Sequence record: MW388002.1
Length of the DNA: 64,000 nt
Origin: Acinetobacter phage Mokit
Strand: one strand, 5' to 3'
Shown: positions 37,522-47,728 of the stretch, one piece after another
Position numbering within the stretch: the first letter of the stretch is position 1
Layout: each line of letters begins with the position of its first letter
The notes under the pieces: model-generated
The model's database searches: none
Seen by the model: the letters and a program-made list of their open reading frames with translations, nothing else
What the model was told of the DNA's origin: nothing
Program-made: the position numbers and the translations under genes

Positions 37522-39933
37522 TTATAGTTTGCATGCATCACAATCGGCAGAATTCGAATCATCTGCACCAGAGCCATCGTCTGTGTTGTGATAATACATG
37601 TTTTTGTTTCCGTAATAGAAACAGAATAACATATCATCCATCATTTGTGACATAGGAACTTTACCGTTTTCATAACTAACAGGCACGTAATATGTATTGA
37701 TCGAAATCGCTTGATCTGTCCATTTTTGCTCAATAGCCATTTGTGTTAAGTAACCTTTGTTGCCATCACGAGCTGCAGATTCCCATGCAAAGTCATAAAA
37801 TAATTGATTAACTTCATAGTTTGGAACTACTTGGTTAAATGATCCATCTTTAGACTGCTTGTATGAGACAGGCTTCAGAGGTTTTTCAATGCCATTAGTT
37901 GAGTTTGATACTTGGCTTGATGATTCACAAGGCATTTGAGCTGATAATGTCACATTACGCATACCGAATTGTTTGAGGTCAATTCGTAATTCTTCCCAAT
38001 CTAAGACATAGTTTGGTGCAACTAATTCATCAACATTTTTACAATACCAATCGATAGGCAATTCACCACGTCCATATTTTGTTTTCCAAAGTTGAGGAGA
38101 TGGACCTTTTTCTTTGGCTAACTCAATAGATGCTTTAATCAATGCATATTGTAAACGTTCGAATAATTCATGCGTTAACTCATTGCCATCTTCATATGAC
38201 GCTGCATTTGATGCTAACCATGCTGCATAGTTTGTAACGCCAATACCAAGCGAACGGTATTCTTTTGCTTTCAATGCATTTTTATGAGGGTAGTCTTGAT
38301 AGTCTAATAAGTTGTCAAGTGCACGTACCATTACCATACCAATGCGATTGATTTCTTCTTGATTTTTCCAATCAAAGTTATCAAGGACCCATGCACTTAA
38401 AGTACAGAGAGCAATTTCGCCGAGGTCTTCTTGAATGTTAAACGCGAGCTCATCTTTATCTGCTGCATAGTCTTTATCTACTCGTTTGAATAAATCAGAG
38501 TTTGTAGGTAATACAACTTGATTAGTACCGTAAGTTTCGATAAACTTAACAATATCACCAGTAGCAACTGCAAGACGTTGATCTTTATATGTACCTAATG
38601 CAACAGTATGTAGAGCAATTTCTGCACACAAGTTAGACATTTTTACAGGTGCAACTTGGCGAATCCAAGGGCCGTAGTTATTGGTATTGTCAACATGAGA
38701 TGGATATAAACGAGCTGTGTTAGCACGTTCTGTCATAAACAAGCCCATGAATAATTCAGATGCTTTAATACGTTTTTTGCGTACAGTTGGATCTTTCTCT
38801 AGTTTTTCATAGAGTTCACGGAATAGATTTTCATCTCGGAAAAATGCATCATAGAGTTTACCACCCAATACATCTGGGCTAAACAGTGTAACATAATCAT
38901 TAAGTAAATAACGCTCAATCATTAGGTTATTAATTTGGATGCCATAATCCATGTGACGGATACGGTTTTCTTCAATACCTTTGTTGTTCTTAAGAACCAT
39001 AAGGTTTTCGCATTCTAAGTGCCAAATTGGCCAATACATTGTAGCAGAACCTTTACGAATACCACCTTGAGAACATGAATGTACTGCAGCATTTTTAAGT
39101 TTCCAGAAAGGTGTTACACCAGTATGTTTAACTTCGCCAGGACCAATCTTAGAACCTTCAGCACGAATTGCACCACCCGCAATACCAATACCGGCACGTT
39201 TAGAAACATATTTTACAATTGCTGAAGTGCTTTCGGTAATTGAATCTAGGCTATCGCCAGTTTCAATGAGAACACATGAACTAAATTGGCGAGTCGGAGT
39301 ACGAACACCTGCAAGAATTGGTGTTGGCAAAGAAATTTGTTTTAATGACGCTGCATCATAAAAATCTTTTACGTATTTGAAACGAAGAGATTGAGGCTCA
39401 TCTTGATGCAAACACATGCCAATAAGCATGAACATAAATTGTGGTGTTTCGTAAATTTTACCAGAAGATCGATCTTTTACAAGATACTTATCTTTTACTT
39501 GCATTGCACCAGCATACGTAAAATTAAAATCACGGTCATGATCAAGAATACTTTCTAAAATTTCATAATCATCAGCTGTCCATTTTGTGAGCAATTCAGG
39601 ATCGTATACGCCTTGCTCAACACCACTTTTAACATGATCAAATAATTTAGGTGGATCAAATTGCCCAAAGACATCTTTACGAAGTCCAAACAGCGCCAAG
39701 TTAGATGCAACATATTGGTAATCAGATTCTTCTGCACTAATAGAATCCGCTGCAACCTTTACAATAGCACGTTGAATTTCTGTCGTCGACATGCCATCTT
39801 TAAAAAATGGACGGCATCGTTCAAATAATTCATACGGGTTGATTTGGGTACTTTCACAGGACCATTCTAAAACTTGAATAATTTTAGATGAATCGAACTC
39901 TTGCGCAATACCACTTGACTTAATAACTTTCAT
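37522..39933 (-). CDS. nrdA: Ribonucleotide reductase large subunit.
   Basis: 803 aa with a C-terminal CxxC tail, adjacent to nrdB. Confidence 0.9.
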   Translation of the reverse strand: MKVIKSSGIAQEFDSSKIIQVLEWSCESTQINPYELFERCRPFFKDGMSTTEIQRAIVKVAADSISAEESDYQYVASNLALFGLRKDVFGQFDPPKLFDHVKSGVEQGVYDPELLTKWTADDYEILESILDHDRDFNFTYAGAMQVKDKYLVKDRSSGKIYETPQFMFMLIGMCLHQDEPQSLRFKYVKDFYDAASLKQISLPTPILAGVRTPTRQFSSCVLIETGDSLDSITESTSAIVKYVSKRAGIGIAGGAIRAEGSKIGPGEVKHTGVTPFWKLKNAAVHSCSQGGIRKGSATMYWPIWHLECENLMVLKNNKGIEENRIRHMDYGIQINNLMIERYLLNDYVTLFSPDVLGGKLYDAFFRDENLFRELYEKLEKDPTVRKKRIKASELFMGLFMTERANTARLYPSHVDNTNNYGPWIRQVAPVKMSNLCAEIALHTVALGTYKDQRLAVATGDIVKFIETYGTNQVVLPTNSDLFKRVDKDYAADKDELAFNIQEDLGEIALCTLSAWVLDNFDWKNQEEINRIGMVMVRALDNLLDYQDYPHKNALKAKEYRSLGIGVTNYAAWLASNAASYEDGNELTHELFERLQYALIKASIELAKEKGPSPQLWKTKYGRGELPIDWYCKNVDELVAPNYVLDWEELRIDLKQFGMRNVTLSAQMPCESSSQVSNSTNGIEKPLKPVSYKQSKDGSFNQVVPNYEVNQLFYDFAWESAARDGNKGYLTQMAIEQKWTDQAISINTYYVPVSYENGKVPMSQMMDDMLFCFYYGNKNMYYHNTDDGSGADDSNSADCDACKL

Positions 39934-40259
39934 AAATCCTCTATACTAAATTCGTCTTTAAACAATTTGTTAACTACTGTAGCTATTATATCGCCATGAC
40001 AAGCCTTTGGCTTACAAGTGCATCCTAAACGTTGACCACGTAAAACTTCTAAATGGTTACGAGTTATTTTACCATCTTTTATGAGATTGATAAAATATGC
40101 TTTAAATAGTGGAATTGCTTGATTTCCATGTTCCTCTACTGTAAATGGATTGCCCCAAATGGTGCCACGTTGTATATTAATATCATACTCGGATGAATAT
40201 TTATTAACTACTCTACATACCTCAGATTTTCTCCAAAGGCGCATCTCAGTTGGTAACAT
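39930..40259 (-). CDS. Hypothetical protein, possibly DUF4326-like.
   Basis: GNPF...RGQRLGCTCKPKACHG pattern. Confidence 0.3.
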   Translation of the reverse strand: MLPTEMRLWRKSEVCRVVNKYSSEYDINIQRGTIWGNPFTVEEHGNQAIPLFKAYFINLIKDGKITRNHLEVLRGQRLGCTCKPKACHGDIIATVVNKLFKDEFSIEDL

Positions 40260-40476
40260 TTATTTTCTCCTTTGTATCAGAAAAGTCAAGCAAGAAATAT
40301 ATAAATGCGGACCAGCAGAATGTAAATAATGCAGAAGTTTGGTCGGAGGTAGCGATGTATACCAATGCGGCAAATCCACCTGCAATAGGAATCCCGAAGA
40401 ACCAGAATTCCGTCATTGCAAATAAAATTTTAAGCAGCCATTTGAGCTTTGATTGCTTCATGATGTTTGTATCCAA
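40246..40476 (-). CDS. Small membrane protein with two transmembrane helices.
   Basis: Two hydrophobic helices are visible. Confidence 0.3.
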   Translation of the reverse strand: MDTNIMKQSKLKWLLKILFAMTEFWFFGIPIAGGFAALVYIATSDQTSALFTFCWSAFIYFLLDFSDTKEKINVTN

Positions 40477-41380
40477 TTAAGGTGAAATCACCTACTACGG
40501 CCTTTTCAAAATCTTCAAGTGTCTTAAGATTTGGATTAATTGTAAGAATAGGCAAATCATATTCTTCACGTGTCAATTGCTCTTTGACTTGCTCAATATG
40601 ATTTTTGTAAATATGTACATCGCCAAGTTGTCCGGTTAAATAACGCGGTGTTTTGCCAAGAATCTGAGCAAAAATTCGCAACAATGTAGCATAAGATGCA
40701 ATATTAAATGGCAGCCCTAAGAATGTATCTACACTGCGCTGATGCCAAATCATATCAATAAATTCGCCAGAAATATTAATTTGGAACCCAGTATGACATG
40801 GTGGCAAAATTGGCTTTTGGATTTCATAGTGTGACTCATAACCAGGTAGAGTTTTATGCTCCCAAATTAATTGTGGGTTCCATGCCTCGACAATTAGGCG
40901 TCGTGAGCCAGGATTGGCTTTTGCTTCTTTGATCATCTCGGCAAGCTGATCTACACCAGGAACATCATGACAATATGTCCCGCCGAAATCTTCTTCAACA
41001 TTGACACCGGTTGGCCCAAAGTTACGCCATTGAGTACCATACACTAATCCGCAATAACCATTAGAATAGCCAAGTTCTTTGCCTTGAACATTGTAATTGT
41101 CATCCCAAATTGTTTTCTTTTCATCATTAAATCGATGCTCTTCGCCGTGGGTCAATGCACGAAGATCATATAAATTTGATGAACCGCGGATGAACCATAA
41201 TAATTCAGCGATCATCGATTTGAATGCAAGCTTTTTAGTCGTAACTGCCGGAAAGCCTTCACGTAAGTCAAACTTAATTTGTTCGGCGAATATTGAAAGT
41301 GTACCTACGCCTGTGCGTTCATTGGTAACTTCTTCACCTTCATCAAGAATTTTTTGCAATAAATCATGGTACGCTTTCAT
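40430..41380 (-). CDS. td: Thymidylate synthase.
   Basis: ThyA N-terminus and a PPCH active-site region. Sits between nrdA and frd. No intron is apparent. Confidence 0.8.
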   Translation of the reverse strand: MKAYHDLLQKILDEGEEVTNERTGVGTLSIFAEQIKFDLREGFPAVTTKKLAFKSMIAELLWFIRGSSNLYDLRALTHGEEHRFNDEKKTIWDDNYNVQGKELGYSNGYCGLVYGTQWRNFGPTGVNVEEDFGGTYCHDVPGVDQLAEMIKEAKANPGSRRLIVEAWNPQLIWEHKTLPGYESHYEIQKPILPPCHTGFQINISGEFIDMIWHQRSVDTFLGLPFNIASYATLLRIFAQILGKTPRYLTGQLGDVHIYKNHIEQVKEQLTREEYDLPILTINPNLKTLEDFEKAVVGDFTLIGYKHHEAIKAQMAA

Positions 41381-41425
41381 ATTTTGCTCCTAAACTATAT
41401 ACGACTATTATATACCAAAGAGCGC

Positions 41426-41671
41426 TTAAGCGCTCTCTAGAAAATTAAAAACGTCTAATCCATTGAGTAAAGAAGCATTATTGATTGTAAGCTGCTCCAT
41501 CGTCGACATGTTTGTTACAGTGTATCGAGGTGAAGTCGATTTATATGGGTGATTACTGGCATTGTGCTCAATACGAATCTGATCGCCTTTACGAACAGAA
41601 TTAAAGAATTTTGCAGTAGTGCGGCGTTTGATATCGACTACAGTAACGATTTTTGATAATTTAATAGACAT
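41426..41671 (-). CDS. Hypothetical protein.
   Basis: ORF. A hairpin at 41419..41436 overlaps its stop. Confidence 0.35.
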   Translation of the reverse strand: MSIKLSKIVTVVDIKRRTTAKFFNSVRKGDQIRIEHNASNHPYKSTSPRYTVTNMSTMEQLTINNASLLNGLDVFNFLESA

Positions 41672-42206
41672 GAACGTTCTCCGAGTTAATTAATACATTT
41701 TCAGTAATAGAGGTTGTTTGGTCAATCTTGTACCAATGGCGCTCAACCTTTTCGCCAAAGTACCATACGTCATTTAGAAACTCTTGATCTAAATGTTGAG
41801 TAACTTCTGTGCCTTCCATACGATCATACGAAATTTCAGTATGTATGATTTTAGCTGCATATGGCAATGCTTGCTTTAAAAGGTCAGCACCGCCAATAAC
41901 AGAATAGTATCCATTTTTCTTCCAATGCTGCAAATATGAATCTAATTCAGACAGGTCAATATATTCATCAGCCCAAGAGCCATTTTTGCATTTTGGAGTA
42001 GGGCGTGTTTTGTCAGCAATAACAATATGTTTGCGGTCTTCAAGTGGTGCAGGCAAAGACATAAATGTTTTAGAGCCCATTACTAATATTGTACCAGAAG
42101 TTCGAGCTTTAAAATTCTTGAAATCTTGGCTGATTCGTGGCCATGGCATTCCATCATGTGAGCCAAATTCAGTTTTAGCATGAGCAAATACAAGTTGAAT
42201 CATCAT
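41661..42206 (-). CDS. frd: Dihydrofolate reductase.
   Basis: DHFR N-terminal pattern: MIQLVFA...GMPW...ILVMGSKTF. Confidence 0.85.
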   Translation of the reverse strand: MMIQLVFAHAKTEFGSHDGMPWPRISQDFKNFKARTSGTILVMGSKTFMSLPAPLEDRKHIVIADKTRPTPKCKNGSWADEYIDLSELDSYLQHWKKNGYYSVIGGADLLKQALPYAAKIIHTEISYDRMEGTEVTQHLDQEFLNDVWYFGEKVERHWYKIDQTTSITENVLINSENVHVY

Positions 42207-42212
42207 TATTCC

Positions 42213-42491
42213 TTAGTTAACTAATTTGATAAAGCCTTTACGTTCTTCAGCTGCACTAAAGAAACTCCATACTAAATCTGCAATAGGGCAGTCTTCAATT
42301 TCATGATACTCGTTTGTATCCATATTGAGAATAGAGATTGCATCCGGTGCACTGCTGAGAATAGATTCAGTTTCAATTACCTTGAACTTTGCACCGAGCT
42401 TAAACTCCGGCATACGCAAAGAGATTTTTGCGTTGAATGGCTCATCAAGCCATTCTTGTGTGATTTCATAAACGTTTCCTACTTCAATCAT
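42213..42491 (-). CDS. Hypothetical protein, frd.x-like by position.
   Basis: ORF only. Confidence 0.4.
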   Translation of the reverse strand: MIEVGNVYEITQEWLDEPFNAKISLRMPEFKLGAKFKVIETESILSSAPDAISILNMDTNEYHEIEDCPIADLVWSFFSAAEERKGFIKLVN

Positions 42492-42847
42492 TAGAGAAAC
42501 TTCCTAGATAGATGGACATGACATGGTACTAAATTTGATCCGCGTTTGTGCACAGTTACTTTAGCATAATTATCGCTAAATTCACATGTTGTGTACTTAC
42601 ATGAATATTTTTTGTTAAAATCATGTCCTTTGATTTTAGGGAACATTTTAATACTCCATAGGACCTTCAACGACTTAGGCACTAGATTCAACAAGATAAA
42701 TTTGCGAATTCTACCATGATTAAGTGCTAATTGGAATTCTTCGAACCATTTAACACAGTCTTTGTACAATTCATCTTTAACTGACGAAAGTACTGTAGGG
42801 CGCATTGATGCAATTGCGTCACTAATAGCTTTTTCATGTTCGTTCAT
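42491..42847 (-). CDS. Hypothetical protein.
   Basis: ORF only. Confidence 0.4.
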   Translation of the reverse strand: MNEHEKAISDAIASMRPTVLSSVKDELYKDCVKWFEEFQLALNHGRIRKFILLNLVPKSLKVLWSIKMFPKIKGHDFNKKYSCKYTTCEFSDNYAKVTVHKRGSNLVPCHVHLSRKFL

Positions 42848-43003
42848 GATAATTCCTTCATGTTCAAGTTGTTAAAACTATTATAACATGTTTGAAGTTC
42901 ATTGTAAACTAACTTATCAAAATCTTTTAATAAATTTTCGACCTTAAATTTCGCTGCAACCTGTATGACATGCAAAGGCTGTTTAGAACGTCGAAGCATC
43001 AAC

Positions 43004-43276
43004 TCATGGTTTGATACTCTGGTTTGATACTCTACTGAATGCCCACAAATCGTTTAATGATTTATCAAATGCTGTAACGTCATATACTACTAGATAATCA
43101 TAACGTCCTGGAGCAAACTTAGAATTGTTAAACATACCATCTGCAACACGTTTTAAGAAATCTAAGTTATCTGTGAACCATTTGAAATTCCCAGGCCAAG
43201 CCAACGGGAATTCTTCTGAAACTGCATCAAATTCTTCTTTACACATTAGGCGATATAAGCGCATCAAAGCCTCCAA
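43004..43276 (-). CDS. Hypothetical protein.
   Basis: ORF only. Confidence 0.35.
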   Translation of the reverse strand: MEALMRLYRLMCKEEFDAVSEEFPLAWPGNFKWFTDNLDFLKRVADGMFNNSKFAPGRYDYLVVYDVTAFDKSLNDLWAFSRVSNQSIKP

Positions 43277-43556
43277 AATATTCTGAAGATAATTTTAGAA
43301 TTCGTACCCAAGTATCTCGTGGATCATGGTATTCATCTAAATGATCAGTTATCAATCTAGTAGCTTGGCGAAAATCTTCATAAGCATATGATTTTTCTGG
43401 ACTAAACGATGACATCTCTAAAACTACCCAAAGGATTCGTAGTAAATCTTCTGGGCGGTGCCATTTGATAAAGTATGTATTATTGTCTGATGTATTCAAT
43501 ACAATAGATTGGTTGTCACGGTCAAACCCGACTGCTATATCATATACACTCATCAA
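43239..43556 (-). CDS. Hypothetical protein.
   Basis: ORF only. Confidence 0.35.
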   Translation of the reverse strand: MMSVYDIAVGFDRDNQSIVLNTSDNNTYFIKWHRPEDLLRILWVVLEMSSFSPEKSYAYEDFRQATRLITDHLDEYHDPRDTWVRILKLSSEYFGGFDALISPNV

Positions 43557-43761
43557 AAAATATGGCTTTAGTTAAAATCATATGAGATTCAACTTTGTAA
43601 AAATTGCTATTAGAGTCTAAGCGTTGCACAAACCAAAACAGCCCTTCCCACTGATTATCATTATTCAAGTATGATAAATCTACATTAAAATCTCGAACAA
43701 TTAATTCATGATTACGTAGGACGTCCCTGAGAACCTTTAGACCAGTTATTTGAATAAGCAT
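43540..43761 (-). CDS. Hypothetical protein.
   Basis: ORF only. Confidence 0.3.
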   Translation of the reverse strand: MLIQITGLKVLRDVLRNHELIVRDFNVDLSYLNNDNQWEGLFWFVQRLDSNSNFYKVESHMILTKAIFFDECI

Positions 43762-43835
43762 AGTTTTCTCGCTTTTGAGTATTGATTCTTATTATATACA
43801 AAAACTTTTGATGTGTAAATAGCGTGCAACAAAAA

Positions 43836-43853
43836 AGAGAGCCGAAGCTCTCT
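43836..43853 (-). terminator. Terminator downstream of gene 32.
   Basis: agagagc cgaa gctctct followed by a T-run on the minus strand. Confidence 0.55.
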
Positions 43854-43870
43854 TAGTTTATTTGTTTGAA

Positions 43871-44782
43871 TTATAGACCATTTAATAGGTCATTTAATTC
43901 TGGATCTTCTTTAACAGGTTCAGCTGATTGAACTGGATCAGGGGTAACTGATGTAGGTTCTGCTGTGAATTGTGACATTTGTTTTTCAAAATCTTCCAAT
44001 TCGCTTGCTACTGCTTCTGCATTTTTTGATGCTTCTGCAGCTGCTCCGCCAAGAGCTGCTGTACCCATAACACGATTAAATGATTCTAAGTTCTTTTCAT
44101 AACTATTGAACTTGTCCTTTGCAATAATTGAATCAATATCAAACATATCTTCAATTAATTTTGCTTGGAACGCCGGATCGTCAATATTAGGGATTTTCGA
44201 TTGTTTCTGGAATTTGCAATCATCATAGTTGCTAAAACCTGAAACTTTTTTCACTTTCATGATGAAGTTTGCACCGTCAAATGGGCATGTAACATCGACT
44301 GGAACTTCACCGATATCTGTATCGACTTCAACCATAGAATTAATTTTATCCATGATTTTTTGTCCGAAACGATATTTAAACACTTTACCATCATTTTCTG
44401 GGTGAGCTGGATCTTTAACAACTAAGATGTTAGCCCAGAAAGAAGATTTACGTTTAAGTTTACCATACATTGCGTTGTCTGTATTATACAGATCGTTTTC
44501 GCTAATATGTTTACAAACTGGGCATTCATCGAATTTGCCATGTGTAGATGTACAATTTTCGATATACCATTTTGATCCAATTTTAAAGCCGTGGTTAATC
44601 AATTTAACAAATGGCATAGAATCTGGAGTTTTGCCTGGAAGAAAACGAATAACAGCGGAGCCATTACCAGCAGTATCGAGCGTCAATTTCCATTCTTTAC
44701 CATCAGCTTCATTGAAACTTGAACCACCTTTAAGTTCTTGAAGGTGAGCGGCTAATTGAGCTGGGTCTTTACGTTGAAACAT
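43871..44782 (-). CDS. 32: Single-stranded DNA-binding protein.
   Basis: The N-terminus tracks T4 gp32 (MFQRK...AAHL..L.G...F...D..EWKL.LD.AGNG.AVIRFLP.K). Acidic C-terminus. Confidence 0.9.
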   Translation of the reverse strand: MFQRKDPAQLAAHLQELKGGSSFNEADGKEWKLTLDTAGNGSAVIRFLPGKTPDSMPFVKLINHGFKIGSKWYIENCTSTHGKFDECPVCKHISENDLYNTDNAMYGKLKRKSSFWANILVVKDPAHPENDGKVFKYRFGQKIMDKINSMVEVDTDIGEVPVDVTCPFDGANFIMKVKKVSGFSNYDDCKFQKQSKIPNIDDPAFQAKLIEDMFDIDSIIAKDKFNSYEKNLESFNRVMGTAALGGAAAEASKNAEAVASELEDFEKQMSQFTAEPTSVTPDPVQSAEPVKEDPELNDLLNGL

Positions 44783-44917
44783 AATATTATCCTTTAAGTT
44801 TTTAACAGTTGGTGATGTACCGTGTTTATTAAACTCTTATAAATTGTACACCTAAAATATAAGAGAGATTAATTTAATACCAAAATGATTTAAGCAAATT
44901 GATATTTTTATTTATAC

Positions 44918-45568
44918 TCAGAATTTCGCAGCCTTTATGCTACTGATAAATTTTGACTTACATTTATCAGGATCTACAGTAAAAAGTTTGCGATATGCCT
45001 TAAGGCGAACTGAATATGACGACCAAATAATGTTGTCATGTTTATCATGTTCCTCAATTATATTGAGGAAGCTATCAAGCATAATAAATGTTTCAAATGA
45101 AATTATTCCACTTTGAAGGAGTTTAAAAATATACGAAGATTTGATAGATTCATTATAAACAAAAATATCATTAAGCGACTTGATATTTACCTTTTTTGAA
45201 AAATAGTAAATGTTCTTCACATCGTCTTCATACCTGGCAGTAACAATTCGTAACCTAGCAAGATACGTTTTGTAAAAATTTACTGCATCAGAATCACTGA
45301 TCTCACCAATCCATGCGTCTTGGTTTGCCACTAAGTTACTAATGAAGATCAAGCATAATTCCTTCAAAGTAAATTTTTCAGACAACTTCTGGAAAAAGAA
45401 TTTATCTTTACGTTTGGCGAATGAATCATCAGAGACTTTCATTCGCCAATCAGATTTAATTACACAACGTCTGCCGTTGAAATGGTTTTTCAGCTGAAGG
45501 TATAAGTTATATACACTTTTTGCGTCAATACGAATGTTATTGTTTGGCGGCAATAACAATTTAACCAT
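44918..45568 (-). CDS. 59: Helicase loader gp59.
   Basis: Near-colinear with T4 gp59 (KYFFQKLSEK..LKEL.LIFISNLVANQDAWIG.ISD). Confidence 0.85.
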   Translation of the reverse strand: MVKLLLPPNNNIRIDAKSVYNLYLQLKNHFNGRRCVIKSDWRMKVSDDSFAKRKDKFFFQKLSEKFTLKELCLIFISNLVANQDAWIGEISDSDAVNFYKTYLARLRIVTARYEDDVKNIYYFSKKVNIKSLNDIFVYNESIKSSYIFKLLQSGIISFETFIMLDSFLNIIEEHDKHDNIIWSSYSVRLKAYRKLFTVDPDKCKSKFISSIKAAKF

Positions 45569-45860
45569 ACATAAAATCCAATGTAGAATACTTGTTTTGT
45601 TTTGCCATTGAAGGCTTCAAAAGGTTGTCATCTAGGGCCTCGGATTTGAGCTGTTCGATAATAGTTTCAGGAATATACTTAGCAAACTGATTTTCAGGGA
45701 TGCTTCGTTCTTCCATCCACCATGACACTGCTTCTAAATAACTAAGCCCTTCGGTGTTAACGAGTGCAGTAATTTCAGCAGAAGTAGTTTGTTTGTCATA
45801 TGCTGCAGCAGTTTTCTGCTGCAGGACTTCCATAAGATTATTTTCTAAAGACTGCATCAT
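45561..45860 (-). CDS. 33: Late transcription co-activator gp33.
   Basis: Similarity to T4 gp33 (LSYLEA...IPE.QFAK.IP..IIE...SEA.D.NLL.PS). Confidence 0.8.
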   Translation of the reverse strand: MMQSLENNLMEVLQQKTAAAYDKQTTSAEITALVNTEGLSYLEAVSWWMEERSIPENQFAKYIPETIIEQLKSEALDDNLLKPSMAKQNKYSTLDFMYG

Positions 45861-46104
45861 ACTTCTCTAATAGTTCTTCATTTTCAGTTTCGAGTTTTTC
45901 GCGTTCGTCTTTATGGAAGATTCGAAGCATTTGGTTAAAATCTTTACCAGATACACCGAGTTCCTCACATGCAGTTTTGCGAATTTCACGAATTGCTTCG
46001 TTTGCGCCTTCGATAATTGCTTTGTGATCTGAGCATTGCTTGATGCAATGTTCTAGTTGTTCACCATGAAGTGCTGGATTAAATTCAACTTTCTCTTTAG
46101 CCAT
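45838..46104 (-). CDS. dsbA: Double-stranded DNA-binding protein DsbA.
   Basis: 88 aa, colinear with T4 DsbA (MAK...VEF....HGE.L...IK..SDHK). Confidence 0.8.
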   Translation of the reverse strand: MAKEKVEFNPALHGEQLEHCIKQCSDHKAIIEGANEAIREIRKTACEELGVSGKDFNQMLRIFHKDEREKLETENEELLEKYDAVFRK

Positions 46105-46162
46105 TTCAATTACCTCTTATGTATTTGGTATGAGTATATTTTAACACAGAAAATATAAAGCA

Positions 46163-46393
46163 TTAAACGTTATATTTTCCTTCAAGTTCTTGGCGACGTT
46201 TGCAATTGTTAATTGGGCCGCCGTATGGCACATCTTTAAAATGTTCATACATGTCTTCCATTACAGGAAAATCTCGAGACATCCATTTAGTGTAGTCATT
46301 GAAATAACCACGCCAAATCCATTTATCTCGAATTTCGTCCTCCAGGACCCACCAAGCAAGTCCTGATAATAATCGCTTAATAAACTTTTTCAT
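46163..46393 (-). CDS. Hypothetical protein.
   Basis: ORF only. Confidence 0.35.
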   Translation of the reverse strand: MKKFIKRLLSGLAWWVLEDEIRDKWIWRGYFNDYTKWMSRDFPVMEDMYEHFKDVPYGGPINNCKRRQELEGKYNV

Positions 46394-46400
46394 TTGCGCC

Positions 46401-47471
46401 TCAAATGCAGTTGAGATCTTTAAGAAGTTTGGTTAACTTGTTTTTAACCATATATGAATATGTTTTGCCGCGTGGAGCAGGTGTGTATGATTTATATGCA
46501 TCAATAATTGATTCACGAATATCATCACGAATATAATCAAAGTCAATTAATACACGATTGCGTTTGAAACGATGCATCCATAAGTCTGCGATTTTTGTTG
46601 TCATAACTGTAGTGTCGGTATATAATTCAGGAGATTGATCAACATCAATGCCTTGTAATTTTAGCAGTTTATGGCAATTTTCAACACCTACTTTTTTGTT
46701 TGATGTTTTTTTGGAAATTTCAGCCATAAATGCATTATACACTTCATCATCCGATTTGCCAACAAGAGATTTAACAAAATCCGCAGATGTTGATGGGGTG
46801 CGTTCAGTGTCTTGGTCATATGTTAACCAGAAGTCGCCACGAACTTTAATCGATGCAACACAGTCTTTGCGATCGCCTTTTAAAACTTTAGTTAGACAAT
46901 CTTCTTGTGGCGAGCCGGTCTTGACTTTTACAAATTTTTTCTGGACTGGTGAATATTGATCTAAATCTTCAATTTTATGAAGTTGTGTAAAGTCACCATC
47001 AGATGAAATAACACGGACCTTATAGCCATGAAGTGATAAATATTTAGATAGCACTGCAATACAATCGTCTGCTTCACAATGGCGGACATCGATAATAATC
47101 CAAGGCATATTATCTTTTAATTCTTGAATAACAATTCCAAGAGCTTCAAAATAGCCTTCCCAATCAAATGAATCAGATTCTTGTGCTTCAGCACGTGCAA
47201 TCGCACGATTGCGTTTATAATAATCTTCTTCTTGTCGTCGCCAATATCCATAACGTGCATTATCAATTGTGATAATGACTTTTTCATAGCCATCAGCTTT
47301 AAATTTTAATGCATTATGTTTAATTGTTGAGAGTACAAGTTGACGAACAATATCGGTAGTGAATTTCATACCAGGTTCATGTGTAACTGCAACAGTTGCT
47401 AAAGCGATTTGTGACAAATCGATAAGTAGTGCACCAGGCTTTTCTGGTTCAAAAAAGTGGTCTAAACTCAT
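46401..47471 (-). CDS. rnh: RNase H (FEN-1 family 5'-3' exonuclease). Start taken at the ATG giving MSLDHFF rather than the longer upstream non-ATG start in the ORF track.
   Basis: Colinear with T4 RNase H (IDLSQIALATV...SSDGDFTQLHK...KGD.KD.VASVKVR). Confidence 0.85.
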   Translation of the reverse strand: MSLDHFFEPEKPGALLIDLSQIALATVAVTHEPGMKFTTDIVRQLVLSTIKHNALKFKADGYEKVIITIDNARYGYWRRQEEDYYKRNRAIARAEAQESDSFDWEGYFEALGIVIQELKDNMPWIIIDVRHCEADDCIAVLSKYLSLHGYKVRVISSDGDFTQLHKIEDLDQYSPVQKKFVKVKTGSPQEDCLTKVLKGDRKDCVASIKVRGDFWLTYDQDTERTPSTSADFVKSLVGKSDDEVYNAFMAEISKKTSNKKVGVENCHKLLKLQGIDVDQSPELYTDTTVMTTKIADLWMHRFKRNRVLIDFDYIRDDIRESIIDAYKSYTPAPRGKTYSYMVKNKLTKLLKDLNCI

Positions 47472-47560
47472 ACTATTATCCTTCTTAAATGATAGAAATA
47501 TTGTAAACAAAATATAATGAAGCAATCTGGATTATTCAGAAACACTGCGCAGCAGCTATA

Positions 47561-47613
47561 CTTCTCCGACCAAATAGATAAATTTAGAGCGGTGAACCGG
47601 TAGAACCATTATA
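47561..47613. repeat. Copy B of the roughly 52-bp dispersed repeat.
   Basis: cttctccgaccaaatagataaatttagagcggtgaaccggtagaaccattata, lying between the divergent rnh and gp34 genes. Confidence 0.8.
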
Positions 47614-47728
47614 ACATCAAAAAATACAGTTGTACACTATGCTTTACACAAATATGATTAATAAATAATCATAAGAACCAATACTCGGCTTTTAATAAAT
47701 ATATGATAAGATAATCAAAGGAAATCGC

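Noticed and set aside
40430-41380. Possible intron or intein in td (316 aa against 286 aa in T4) or in nrdA (803 aa against 754 aa).
   Set aside because: The reading frames are continuous. No group I intron-like structured gap and no endonuclease ORF interrupts them. The length differences look like ordinary indels. The endonuclease sits between nrdA and nrdB instead.
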